In this document: positions 52,147-61,075 of the stretch, in pieces | How positions within the stretch are numbered: position 1 is the stretch's first letter | How the letters are laid out: every line of letters starts with the position of its first letter | From: a virus | IMG/VR virus record: IMGVR_UViG_3300009610_000010 | Location: 1 to 61,760 of that record | Strand: one strand, 5' to 3' | DNA: 61,760 nucleotides | Translations under genes and position numbers: made by a program | The notes under the pieces: generated by a model | Seen by the model: the letters and a program-made list of their open reading frames with translations, nothing else | Database searches by the model: none | Told to the model about the DNA's origin: nothing

Positions 52147-52191
52147 GGTTGCCCGGGGCGCCCGGTGTGGGGCAAAGCACCCCTTTTATTC
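52147..52191 (+). repeat. 45-bp inverted repeat, copy 2 (partner 48743..48787)
   Basis: Overlaps the stop codon and last 5 codons of 52186..52476. Confidence 0.9.
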
Positions 52192-52476
52192 TGGGAACAG
52201 GCCGGTGCGCACGATCGGGCCATTGTCGCGCAGGCTGTCGCAGGCGAAGTCGTGGTCATCGGTGGCCGGGCGGTTGGCCAGCACCTCAGCCACGCGGGCC
52301 CGCAGGGCCCCCTCGTCCAGCTGGGCCACCACGGAGCGCGCGGCCACCACCTCGGCCCGGGTGCGCTCCACCTGGCGCAGAGCCCGGTCGTGCTGAGCCA
52401 GGGCCTGCCCCAGGCGATAGGTCGCCACCTGCAGCGCGCGCAGCGCTTCGAGCATTTTGTCGTTAGGGGTCGTCAT
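52186..52476 (-). CDS. Hypothetical coiled-coil protein (96 aa)
   Basis: ATG 52476. Confidence 0.5.
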   Translation of the reverse strand: MTTPNDKMLEALRALQVATYRLGQALAQHDRALRQVERTRAEVVAARSVVAQLDEGALRARVAEVLANRPATDDHDFACDSLRDNGPIVRTGLFPE

Positions 52477-52482
52477 GGCGTG

Positions 52483-52578
52483 TTACCAGCCTTTTTGTAT
52501 GTAAGCGTGTGTCAGGTGGCCCAGCCAGCAACAGCCAGCGAGCCACAGCGATGTGAACACCAGGGCAAACCAACGCAT
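52483..52578 (-). CDS. Possible hydrophobic micro-protein (31 aa)
   Basis: MRWFALVFTSLWLAGCCWLGHL...; fits exactly between two genes. Confidence 0.3.
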   Translation of the reverse strand: MRWFALVFTSLWLAGCCWLGHLTHAYIQKGW

Positions 52579-52580
52579 GG

Positions 52581-52724
52581 CTAGAAAACCTCCACGTACT
52601 CCCAGCACAGTGCGAGCACGTCGTCGTAGGGCTGCCCGGCGCGCTTGAGCGTGCGCGACACCGTGCCGATGATGGCGAACACATTGCCGTCGGTGCCCAC
52701 CAGCTTGCAGTTTGGCTTGGTCAT
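52581..52724 (-). CDS. Hypothetical small protein (47 aa)
   Basis: ATG 52724, directly after the upstream stop. Confidence 0.4.
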   Translation of the reverse strand: MTKPNCKLVGTDGNVFAIIGTVSRTLKRAGQPYDDVLALCWEYVEVF

Positions 52725-52725
52725 G

Positions 52726-52959
52726 TTACTTGGCCTCCGCCTGGGAGAAGTAATTGCGGCTGTGAGCCTGCCGCTCGGCGTGCGTCGGGCACTGCCCGCA
52801 GGGGCACGCATAGTCGCGGTGATCACAGGTGCCACAGTTTGGGCAGTCGGTGTACTCGGGCTGCGACGTGGCACACTTCGAGCACACCACCGGGGTTTCA
52901 GTCTGGAGATAAACCCGCTCCACCAGTCGGTTGCACATGCTGCACGGCGTGAGCCACAT
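52726..52959 (-). CDS. Cys-rich zinc-finger-like protein (77 aa)
   Basis: 12 Cys in CxxC-type pairs. Preceded by conserved element B. Confidence 0.55.
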   Translation of the reverse strand: MWLTPCSMCNRLVERVYLQTETPVVCSKCATSQPEYTDCPNCGTCDHRDYACPCGQCPTHAERQAHSRNYFSQAEAK

Positions 52960-52978
52960 CGCCCTTGCTCCTCGTTGC

Positions 52979-53050
52979 GGCGCGACCCCCATGGCCGCGC
53001 ACACCCACACCACATTGCAAAGCCTGGGCCAATGCGTGGCCCCGCGCCAG
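52979..53050 (-). promoter_or_regulatory. Conserved intergenic element, copy B
   Basis: Same hairpin (GCGCGGCCATGGGGGTCGCGC) and a GCTTTGCAATGTG core, in the same position relative to the RBS as copy A. Confidence 0.5.
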
Positions 53051-53145
53051 GGCGTCACTTACGGGCCCACGGGGAGCCCACTGCGGGCAAAGCGCCCGCG
53101 CGGGGCTGGCAACACGCCCGCCCCCGGTTGGGTGGGTTGACCCGC

Positions 53146-53661
53146 TTAGCGGGGGAGGACGTAGCGGCCGGTCTTTTTGCCCACCTCGTGCGGGTGCAGC
53201 TTGCCGTGGGCCGCCAGGTAGGCGCACGTGCGGCCGACTGCCATGTGCACCCGTGACTTGCGCGTGCCGCGCAGCCCTGGGAACATGGCGCTCGACACGT
53301 AGCCCACGTGCATCACGCGGCCCGGGTGGCGCTTGAAAAAGCGGATCACTTCGGCGTTCAGCCCGTTGCGCCCCGGCTTGCCGATGCGATCGAGCAGCAG
53401 CGCAGGGTCCTGCGTGTAGCGGCCCAGGCCCACACCGTTGCCGGCGGCCTCGTGTGCTGTGGCTCGGGCCACGACGGGCGACACTGCGCGCCGCGGTGCA
53501 CGAGCCACACGGGCCACCAGGTTGGGGTCATCGTCGCTCAGCTCGATCGCACCCAGCTGCTGCAAGGCCTTTTCGAGCTGGGCCACCTCGGCGCGCTTCT
53601 CCTTCAGTTGTTGTTGTAGCTGCTGGTACAGGGGCAGCAGCAGTTCATTCACGGCATTCAT
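53146..53661 (-). CDS. Hypothetical protein, N-terminal coiled coil plus a basic C-terminal domain (possible DNA binder)
   Basis: ATG after GGGAGAG. Confidence 0.5.
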   Translation of the reverse strand: MNAVNELLLPLYQQLQQQLKEKRAEVAQLEKALQQLGAIELSDDDPNLVARVARAPRRAVSPVVARATAHEAAGNGVGLGRYTQDPALLLDRIGKPGRNGLNAEVIRFFKRHPGRVMHVGYVSSAMFPGLRGTRKSRVHMAVGRTCAYLAAHGKLHPHEVGKKTGRYVLPR

Positions 53662-54019
53662 GGGGTTGCTCTCCCGGGTTTGGGTTTGGGGTCGTTTCGG
53701 TAGGGGTCAGGCCGCAACTGGCTGCTCGCACCAAGCAGGGAGGCACGCGGTGGGCGGAGCTGCCACAACCCCAGCCGCCAGGCTTGGGCTGCGCGCAACA
53801 CCCACCGCCCACCGCCGAGCCACGCACCACGGCAATCCGCCCCACCGGACTGACCCCCGTCAGGACCACGGGTGGGCTGCACGCGTTGCACCGGCTCACC
53901 TCCACGGCTGCATAACATCAAGCAGGCTGGCGAGCGCCGGTGTATCCCTGGGCGTCATCCCCAGGGTCCGGCATCTGGCAGCCGGAGCCACCGGCGCTCG
54001 CATCCCACCGCGCCCGCGG

Positions 54020-54301
54020 TCAGTCGATCTCTCGTGAGGGCTTGAAGAGCCCGACCAACGAGAATTGCGGGATGCTCGCCCGAATCCTTGCGATCCGCTC
54101 CTGCATCGACTCCCGCTTCCCGGCGAACCAGTTGGTGCCAGTTGCGCCCCCATTTCCCATGTCCTCGCACCACGTGCTTTCGCTGGCGCTTGCCCCCTGA
54201 TCGCAGTTTTCGAGCACCCACCCTGCATGGCACATATCCCAGGCGCTTGCCGTGCTCACGCAGAACGCAAGACCGACGAGTGCCAAGATGGTCGCTTTCA
54301 T
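54020..54301 (-). CDS. Secreted small protein (signal peptide)
   Basis: MKATILALVGLAFCVSTASA signal-like N-terminus. ATGA overlap start. Confidence 0.5.
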   Translation of the reverse strand: MKATILALVGLAFCVSTASAWDMCHAGWVLENCDQGASASESTWCEDMGNGGATGTNWFAGKRESMQERIARIRASIPQFSLVGLFKPSREID

Positions 54302-54846
54302 CGTTTTCTCCTGACTGCTATCGACATCGTTCCTTCCGCATTCACCACGCGGACGGAATCGGGAACCTCTCGCCCCACCCTTCCCACCACAGCATACGAC
54401 CGCTCACCCGCGGCGGGCTCGGGGATCTCGCCGAACCACGCCGTGTCCACGCCCGCCGCATGCGGCCACAGAATGCGATCGGGGCGCAAGTCGGTCGTCA
54501 GCAGGTCAACGATCACCACAGCCTGCTGGTACCCGGCGTGGCCACCAGCGGCGGGCACCACCAGCTCGCGCGCAATTTTCTGCGAGCGTTCGAGCGGCAT
54601 GATTGGCTTTCCGCGGTCGTACACGTACACCGATGCGTGCCGCTTGGGCGTCGCGCTCCTGGCGGTCAGGACTAAAATCGCGCACAGGCCACCGGCGATG
54701 ATGAGCGCGAGTGCAAACCGCATCCAATCGCGTCGGCGCACGCGCTCACGCTCAAGCTGCGCCCAGGCGGGCTGGTCGGCCTTGCGCACCGCCTGGCAGT
54801 ACGGACACTTGGCCGCTGCATAGTCGCAATCGTCAATCAGCCTCAT
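54298..54846 (-). CDS. Membrane-anchored protein (182 aa)
   Basis: One TM segment (WMRFALALIIAGGLCAILVL). ATGA overlap start. Confidence 0.5.
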   Translation of the reverse strand: MRLIDDCDYAAAKCPYCQAVRKADQPAWAQLERERVRRRDWMRFALALIIAGGLCAILVLTARSATPKRHASVYVYDRGKPIMPLERSQKIARELVVPAAGGHAGYQQAVVIVDLLTTDLRPDRILWPHAAGVDTAWFGEIPEPAAGERSYAVVGRVGREVPDSVRVVNAEGTMSIAVRRKR

Positions 54847-55730
54847 GGGGTAACCACCTGTTCTTTTGGCTTGAGCAGCGCCGCGTGCGCACACGCGCGC
54901 CCGACGATCAGCAGGATGGGCCCGGCACGGTACTGCCCATCGTGCACAAAGTTGACGATCTGCCCGCAGCCACAGTCGCTGCAGCAGCGGGCACACATGA
55001 TGTTGACCACCTCCACCCACCGGTGCCCACGGCGCCGGCACCAGAAGCCCTGCAGCCAGGCGATCATGTGGTGCCGGAGGCTGGGCCGGTTCACCGGGCC
55101 ACCTATCGCCAGCACGTCGGCAGGCAGGGCTTCCACGCTGGGCACCAGCCCCAGGTCGCGCACCCGTGGCGCGGGGATCGCCTTGGCCGCCGGAAAGTGC
55201 TCCACCTCCCGCCACACGGCCAACCCCGGGATGCGCACCCGGGGCTTGGGTGGGGGCGGCGATGGGTCCTGGGCCAGGCGGGCGGCCAGGTCGGGGCACC
55301 AGCCGCGCGGTGGCACGTGGTTTAGGCGCGTGCCTTCGCGCTCTTCCGCGGTGGGGTCCACCACGGGCACCCCGTCGAGCTGCAGCCAGTGGTGGATTTC
55401 GTGCAGGCACAGGCGCTGGAGCATTTGATACACCAACCACACCAGCGTGCGCTCGTCAACCAGCTCCTCGATGGGCATCACCTGCGTGCACTGGGGCCGG
55501 GCGGTGTGGCTGCCAGGCTGGCACGCATCGGGCACGGGCTGGGCCCAGTGCACTGTGATGCTGCACATTTGGCTGGGCAGGTCCCAGTCGATCCACATAC
55601 TGAACAGCCGCGGCGCGTCGGGCACGTGCTGGAAGGTCAGGTTGATGCGATCGCACAGGACACGCACCTGCTGGCTGGTCATCGGGGGCACGCAACTCGC
55701 ACCCACCTCGGCCCCCTCGGTGCGGATCAT
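54843..55730 (-). CDS. Hypothetical protein with an HEIHH motif and a Cys-rich C-terminus (295 aa)
   Basis: LCLHEIHHWL. ATGA overlap start. Confidence 0.5.
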   Translation of the reverse strand: MIRTEGAEVGASCVPPMTSQQVRVLCDRINLTFQHVPDAPRLFSMWIDWDLPSQMCSITVHWAQPVPDACQPGSHTARPQCTQVMPIEELVDERTLVWLVYQMLQRLCLHEIHHWLQLDGVPVVDPTAEEREGTRLNHVPPRGWCPDLAARLAQDPSPPPPKPRVRIPGLAVWREVEHFPAAKAIPAPRVRDLGLVPSVEALPADVLAIGGPVNRPSLRHHMIAWLQGFWCRRRGHRWVEVVNIMCARCCSDCGCGQIVNFVHDGQYRAGPILLIVGRACAHAALLKPKEQVVTP

Positions 55731-56098
55731 GCCTCGGCCACCCGGCGCAGCAGCGCGGCATAGTCGGCCGGTGTGGGCTCGGGCTTAGCCGTCTCCCACC
55801 AGGGGCCCAATTCGTCGGGCAGCAGGTCCCCCAGCATAAAAATCAGTCGTTGGGCCGTGTCTTTGGTCGTGGCGCCGGCAGCCGCCGCGCGGCGGATCAG
55901 GCCGCCGGCGCAAAAGCGCACCGCCCTGTGATGACGCGCGTCCACAGGAATACCATCGGCCGTCCTCGCTGTTGCCCAGTCGGTGCGCGCCATCAGGTGG
56001 GGATAGTTGGTCACCACGGTGGCCAGCACCCCGGCCAGCTCGCGCGCGGCGGTGATGGGCTCGGCCGGCTTGGGGATGTCACGCGTGCGTGTCAGCAT
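55727..56098 (-). CDS. Hypothetical early protein (123 aa)
   Basis: First sizeable gene of the leftward early operon. Confidence 0.55.
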   Translation of the reverse strand: MLTRTRDIPKPAEPITAARELAGVLATVVTNYPHLMARTDWATARTADGIPVDARHHRAVRFCAGGLIRRAAAAGATTKDTAQRLIFMLGDLLPDELGPWWETAKPEPTPADYAALLRRVAEA

Positions 56099-56196
56099 GG
56101 GGGCTCTCCCCTGGGTGGGGCGGGGGGGGCATGGGCGCCCCCCGCTCGCTGTTTGTTACGACACCGGTCAATGCCCTTGACGATCGAGTGAGCCAT
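56092..56196 (-). CDS. Possible leader micro-ORF (34 aa)
   Basis: GGAGGA 5 nt upstream of the ATG. The stop overlaps the next gene's start. Confidence 0.3.
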   Translation of the reverse strand: MAHSIVKGIDRCRNKQRAGGAHAPPAPPRGEPPC

Positions 56197-56289
56197 GGGG
56201 GTCCTCCGGTTGTTGGGGGGGTTGTGCGCGGCGGGCGAAAAGCCTGGGCAACCCGTGGGCTGCCGCTGTCGGGGCCTGCGTTACCGGCC

Positions 56290-56375
56290 ACCGGGGGCGA
56301 CGCCCGCCGCACACGACCAACCCACACTGCAAAAGCCGGCCCGGGCCTAAGTCGTTGCCCTGCACTGGCTGGGCC
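56290..56375 (-). promoter_or_regulatory. Conserved intergenic element, copy C (more diverged)
   Basis: GCTTTTGCAGTGTG core plus the shared CCAGTGCA...TTAGGC upstream segment also seen in copy A. Confidence 0.4.
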
Positions 56376-56518
56376 CGCCTGGTTGGGCGCTTTGCCCGTG
56401 CATGGCGGGCAAATGGCCCCGGCCACCGGCACCCCACCATTGTGCCGCAACGGCGCCGGCAAAGGGCAAAAAATTGCAGCCATAAGTCGCTGCCACTGGC
56501 CTGGTTAGAAAAAACATT

Positions 56519-56547
56519 TTGCGCTCACATGCCGCTTTTGGCATAAT
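56519..56547 (+). promoter_or_regulatory. Sigma70-like promoter for the rightward Erf/replication operon
   Basis: TTGCGC-N17-CATAAT in the most AT-rich patch of the divergent intergenic region. Confidence 0.45.
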
Positions 56548-56655
56548 TGGCCGTGCCTGGCAGCCGCCCATGGGTGGCAGCCAACGAGAGGCCCGCCACC
56601 GATGGCATCACTCGGCTGCCGGGCATCCCCCCAGCCCCGAAAGGCGCGCACCCCC

Positions 56656-57888
56656 ATGAACACCATTCAAGGCCTATTGGCGAGCCAGGCGAGCGTGGAG
56701 ACTCTGAGTGGTGCGCCGGCCGTGGTGGCAGAGCGCAGCGATCGCATCGACCAGGTGGTGGCGGCGCTGGCGCGGGCGCAGGCCAGGTTTCATGCCGTGA
56801 AGCGCAACGCCGCCAACCCGTTTTACAACTCGCGCTATGCCGACCTCGCCGCGGTGATGGACGTGGTGCGCGGCCCCATTGCCGATGAAGGGCTGGCGCT
56901 GTGGCAAACCTTTGAGCATGACCCCGCGCGGCCCGACTGGATCACCACGGTGACCACGCTGGCCCACGGGCCCAGCGGGCAGTGGATTTCGAACCGCATC
57001 CCGATGCGCGCGCTGCCCAAGCGGCGCAAGCGCCGCCCGGGTGACGAGGGCGGCGAGGAGGAGTTGATCATGCCGGGCGGGGCCCTGTCGGCGCAGGACC
57101 TGGCGTCGGGTGCGCAGTACGGGCGGCGCTACGGTGCGATGGCACTACTGGGCATCGTGGCCGAGGGCGAAGACGATGACGGCAACCGGGCGAGCGGCAA
57201 GCGCACCCAGGAGAGCAAGTGGGACACCTACCTGGCGGCGCGGCCCGACGTGGCCGAGGCCCTGCGGGTGGATCATCCGACTATCGCCGACATTGCCCAG
57301 CGGGCGCCGCGCTTTGGCAAATTGACCGACGCGCAGGAGGGCCTGGTGCTTCAGCTGGCGCGCGAGCACGGCGGGCAGCGGGGCGCCGTGGTTGCGGGGG
57401 TGGCTCGTGGCCCAGCCCCGGCTGGTGCCGGCCGGGGCAGTGATGGACCACTGGGGCCCGAGCCGCCCGTATCGGCCGAAGCGTTCATGCCCGACGCATG
57501 GCAGCTCGACCCGACGCAGGAGGCCGCCCTGGTGCGCCTGCTGGACGAGTGCCAAATACGGCACCACCGGCTCACGCCGGACGCCGCGCGCCATGTGGTG
57601 CTGCCGCCCAAGCTGGCGCGCGATGCCGGTGTGCCCAGCACCTTTGCCATGGCGAGCCTGAACCGCGAGGGGTGCCGCCGGCTGTACGATGCGCTGATGC
57701 AACTGCGCGCCACCAAGCAGCAAGGGCCGGGGACCGCGGGCGGTGGGCAACCACTGCCGGCGGCGGCGAAAACCTCCCCGGGCGATGCGGTCGTGCACCC
57801 CCACCAGGATGGTGCTGCGGCAGGTCGTTCGGGATCGTCCGCCGCAAGTGCGGTCACCGGCCCTCAGTCTAAGCCTTCCCATGGATAA
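56656..57888 (+). CDS. erf: ERF-family single-strand annealing recombinase
   Basis: VKRNAANPFYNSRYADLAAVMDVVRGPIADEGLAL is the ERF signature. Alternative start ATG 56602. Confidence 0.7.
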   Translation: MNTIQGLLASQASVETLSGAPAVVAERSDRIDQVVAALARAQARFHAVKRNAANPFYNSRYADLAAVMDVVRGPIADEGLALWQTFEHDPARPDWITTVTTLAHGPSGQWISNRIPMRALPKRRKRRPGDEGGEEELIMPGGALSAQDLASGAQYGRRYGAMALLGIVAEGEDDDGNRASGKRTQESKWDTYLAARPDVAEALRVDHPTIADIAQRAPRFGKLTDAQEGLVLQLAREHGGQRGAVVAGVARGPAPAGAGRGSDGPLGPEPPVSAEAFMPDAWQLDPTQEAALVRLLDECQIRHHRLTPDAARHVVLPPKLARDAGVPSTFAMASLNREGCRRLYDALMQLRATKQQGPGTAGGGQPLPAAAKTSPGDAVVHPHQDGAAAGRSGSSAASAVTGPQSKPSHG

Positions 57889-58126
57889 GCTCCACTGGGT
57901 CTGCTTGCCCTTCGCCACCCCGGAGTCCGCCGCGTGGTTCATTTCCAATCGCCTGGGGCCCGAGCGCCAGCGCGAAGCGCGCATGTTTACCAGCGGCGAA
58001 ACCCTGCCCACCCAAGTCCCCCCCGCCAAGCTCATCACCTGGACCAAGGATGGTGCTTGCATGACCAGCGCCGAGCGTGAAGATGAGCCACAGGAGAGCG
58101 GCCCCCACCCCACGGAAGGAGTGTGA
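57881..58126 (+). CDS. Hypothetical protein (81 aa)
   Basis: ATG overlaps the Erf end. Confidence 0.45.
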   Translation: MDKLHWVCLPFATPESAAWFISNRLGPERQREARMFTSGETLPTQVPPAKLITWTKDGACMTSAEREDEPQESGPHPTEGV

Positions 58127-58134
58127 GGTAATAG

Positions 58135-58352
58135 TGCTGAAACCTGGACGCCGGGGCAACGACCCCGACCTCAAGGCCGAGCGTGTGGTGATGAACGCCC
58201 TGCGCGGATGCAGCATGGACCAAGTGCGCATGATCGGGTTTCACATGATCATGCGCTACCCGCGGGCTTTCCAGGAGCTACGGCCCACCATCAGCCAGGA
58301 GCGCCTGGTGGGTGAGCCAGTGGAAATGGCCGTGGAAGAAAGCCCAATTTAA
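58135..58352 (+). CDS. Hypothetical protein (72 aa)
   Basis: GTG after GGAG..GAGG. Confidence 0.4.
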
Positions 58353-58426
58353 ACCCCAAAGGAGAGCTACGAGATGAGCACCAAGGCGGGCGTGGCGACG
58401 CAGGCCCAGCTGGGCGTCCTCCGGCG

Positions 58427-58606
58427 ATGACCCGTTGGCACCGTGGCAGCAACGAGGCCCACCTGGCCACGGTGCTGGCCGTGGTGGTGCTGGTGGCGGT
58501 GGCCGTGGGGGTGCTGTGTGTGGTGCTGGGCAGCTGGCGCCCGACCGCCACCGGTGGGAAACCGCTCGCCCAGCCAGCACCAGTGCGCCGTTTGACCGGT
58601 GGGTAG
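58427..58606 (+). CDS. Small single-pass membrane protein (59 aa)
   Basis: ATVLAVVVLVAVAVGVLCVVLG. Too short to appear in the supplied track. Confidence 0.35.
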   Translation: MTRWHRGSNEAHLATVLAVVVLVAVAVGVLCVVLGSWRPTATGGKPLAQPAPVRRLTGG

Positions 58607-58731
58607 ATGGTGGGTAACTTTGCTTTTGGCACTGCACCAGGGATGGCGCACCATGGGCAAAAGGTTCGGCCGGCACCCCCGCGAGGTGGCACCGGCCGTG
58701 TGGGTTGGTCCAGCCGTCAAGGAGGACCGCG

Positions 58732-59586
58732 TTGGAGTCTAGCACCGCCCCCCCCGCCCCGCGCAAGCGCAATGGCAAGCCCCCCGCCTTTCAGTTCTAC
58801 GCCAAGGACTGGCTCACCAGTGGCAAGGTGCGCGCCATGACGCTCGCTGGCCGCGGGCTGTTCATTGACCTCCTGGCCTTTGCCTGGGACAACCACGGCC
58901 TGCCCCTGGACGAGCAGACCATCCGCCGATCGGTCGGTTGCGATGTCCGCGAGTGGCGTCGAAACTGGCAGCAAGTCGTCACCGAGTTTGAGCCCAGGGG
59001 TGACCGACTTGTGAACCGCAAACAGGAGCTGGTGCGGGCCGCCATGGATGAGCTAAGTGCAAAGCGCGCACAGGCGGCGCGCATCGCGGTGGTGAACAAG
59101 CGGCACGCAAATGGCCCAGCAAATGGCCCAGCAAGTGGGCCAGCAAACGGCCAGCCTTCATCTGCATCTTCATCTTCACCTTCAAGGGGGGGCGGTGCGG
59201 GGTCTACCTCCGAGATGGTTTTAAAGCCTAAGCGAGCGCTTCGTCATCCGGGGGCGGATGACGCGGGGTTCACGGCCTTTTGGCTGCGTTATCCCCGGAA
59301 GGTTGGCAAGGGCGCGGCTGTGCGTGCCTGGGCAAAGATTCGCCCCGGGCCAGCGCTGGTGGCCGACATACTGGCCGCGGTGGATGGCCAGCGCGAGTCG
59401 TGGCAGTGGCGGCGCGACAACGGGCAGTACGTGCCGCACCCAGCCACGTGGCTAAACGAGCGCCGCTGGGAGGACGAGCCTGAGCCCGCCACCCCACCCA
59501 CCACCCGCCCCGAGGAGGACGAGTGGAAGCGCGAGAAGGCCCGGCTGCTGCGCGGCCTGGTGCCAGAGAAGGAGCCCCGCCGATGA
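58732..59586 (+). CDS. DUF1376 (YdaU-like) replication-associated protein
   Basis: PPAFQFYAKDWLTSGKVRAMTLAGRGLFIDLLAFAW and FWLRYPRKVGKGAAVRAW motifs. TTG start 5 nt after AAGGAGGA. Confidence 0.6.
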   Translation: MESSTAPPAPRKRNGKPPAFQFYAKDWLTSGKVRAMTLAGRGLFIDLLAFAWDNHGLPLDEQTIRRSVGCDVREWRRNWQQVVTEFEPRGDRLVNRKQELVRAAMDELSAKRAQAARIAVVNKRHANGPANGPASGPANGQPSSASSSSPSRGGGAGSTSEMVLKPKRALRHPGADDAGFTAFWLRYPRKVGKGAAVRAWAKIRPGPALVADILAAVDGQRESWQWRRDNGQYVPHPATWLNERRWEDEPEPATPPTTRPEEDEWKREKARLLRGLVPEKEPRR

Positions 59587-60107
59587 GCCGCTGCGTGGTG
59601 TGCCCCGAGACAACGATGCGCCTGGGCCGATCGAACCTGCGCCACGTGCTGCCCGAGCACCACGTGCAAGTCTACGCCAAGGCCGAGATTACAGAAACCG
59701 AGGCCGAGGAGTCGTTCCTGCGGCGCAACTGGCAGTGGTCGTACGCGCACCGGGAGTACGGGGCCTTTCGGATCGACCTTGGCCGGCGACAGCTGCGTGG
59801 CATGCCGGCAGACGAGGCCGCCGACCGCCTCGAAGCCAACCAGGCCACCTGGCCAACGCACGATTTCACTGCCGAAGTCGAGCACCTGCGCCGGGTGGCA
59901 GCGGGCATGCGGGTGTGCCCGGCCTGTGGCCAAAGCCTGAAGCCACCACCGCCGTGCGATTGTGGCTGCCTGAAGCCAGTGCGCCCCGTGGTGGGCTTTG
60001 CCACGCCGGGACAGGCGCTGGCACCAACCCCAGCCCAAAAGCCCGCCCAGGAGCCCCTGGCGAACGCACAGGCCGAGGAGGAGGACGACTATGCCAACCC
60101 GTTTTGA
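59583..60107 (+). CDS. Hypothetical protein (174 aa)
   Basis: ATGA overlap start. Confidence 0.5.
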   Translation: MSRCVVCPETTMRLGRSNLRHVLPEHHVQVYAKAEITETEAEESFLRRNWQWSYAHREYGAFRIDLGRRQLRGMPADEAADRLEANQATWPTHDFTAEVEHLRRVAAGMRVCPACGQSLKPPPPCDCGCLKPVRPVVGFATPGQALAPTPAQKPAQEPLANAQAEEEDDYANPF

Positions 60108-60294
60108 GGCCCCCGGGCGCGATCGGTGCCGGCTGCATGCGGTGTGCCACCCGCATGCCAGCGTGCAGGTGGTGTGGGAGCCCGAGGGCCCGGGCACCCT
60201 GCGCATCGAGTGCGCCTGCTGCAGCCGGCTGGTGCTGCAGGTGGGGCCACTGCCGCCGAGCACGATCGGCGAGCTGGTGCGGGCCGAGCCATGA
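60091..60294 (+). CDS. Hypothetical protein (67 aa)
   Basis: ATG after GGAGGAGGA. Confidence 0.45.
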   Translation: MPTRFEAPGRDRCRLHAVCHPHASVQVVWEPEGPGTLRIECACCSRLVLQVGPLPPSTIGELVRAEP

Positions 60295-60608
60295 CGGCGC
60301 CCAGCCAGCCACCCGAAAAGGAGGCCACGGCCGCCTTGCTCTGCCGCCGCGTGGGGTGTCAGGACCCGGTGCGCTACCGCGGGTTTTGCAGCCCCCTCTG
60401 CTACGCCGTGACCGAGGCCCTGTACGCCGGCCGGGCCGCCGGGCTGGCGGCTGCGCTCGGCATTGCCCGGGCTGTGGTGGACGAAACCGAGCGCTCGGTC
60501 GGCGGGGCGACGCCCATGGCCGTGCTGCTCGTGAGCGACGCCGTGCACCGCATCGTGCACCAGCTGCAGGCCCTGCGCCTGCAGTGGGACGAGGAGGCCC
60601 CGCGATGA
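60291..60608 (+). CDS. Hypothetical protein (105 aa)
   Basis: ATGA overlap start. Confidence 0.5.
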   Translation: MTAPSQPPEKEATAALLCRRVGCQDPVRYRGFCSPLCYAVTEALYAGRAAGLAAALGIARAVVDETERSVGGATPMAVLLVSDAVHRIVHQLQALRLQWDEEAPR

Positions 60609-61075
60609 ACGCCACGGGCTTCCGGGTGGCGGTGGCTGGTGGCCGAGCCTACCAGGTGACCGCGCAGGACGAGCACGCGCTCGACACGGTGCGGGCGCTG
60701 CTCAACGCCGCTGGCGGGTGGGCCGTGTTGTTGCACGGCGGGGCCACGGGAGCCGACACGGGTGCCGCCACCTGGGCCGCGGCGCGAGGTATCCCCTGTG
60801 TGTCGTTTCACGTCGAGGACGCCCTGTGGCGTGCCGCGGGCCCGGCGGCTGGGCCCATACGCAACCGCATGATGCTGCGCAACGCCGACATGCTGGTGAC
60901 CTTTCCTGGGGGCGGTGGCACGGCCAGCGCGGTGAAGGAGGCCAGGCGGCGCCGGCTGTTCATCGTGCACCTGCCCATGGAACTTAGCTGCACCAAGCTG
61001 GAGGACACCGCGCTGGAGGAGCTGGCGCCTGACGAGATCGCCGCAGCCGAGGCCGCGCAGAAGGGGGAGGAGTAA
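60605..61075 (+). CDS. SLOG/DUF2493-like protein
   Basis: VLLHGGATGADTGAATWAAARGIP motif. ATGA overlap start. Confidence 0.55.
   Translation: MNATGFRVAVAGGRAYQVTAQDEHALDTVRALLNAAGGWAVLLHGGATGADTGAATWAAARGIPCVSFHVEDALWRAAGPAAGPIRNRMMLRNADMLVTFPGGGGTASAVKEARRRRLFIVHLPMELSCTKLEDTALEELAPDEIAAAEAAQKGEE

Noticed and set aside
53662-54019. A 358-bp apparently non-coding gap examined for a small gene or a fourth copy of the conserved element.
   Set aside because: Only ORFs with poor composition and no RBS are present, and the GCTTTTGCRRTGTG core is absent. One 7-bp hairpin (CCCTGGG...CCCAGGG) has no U-tract. The function is left open.
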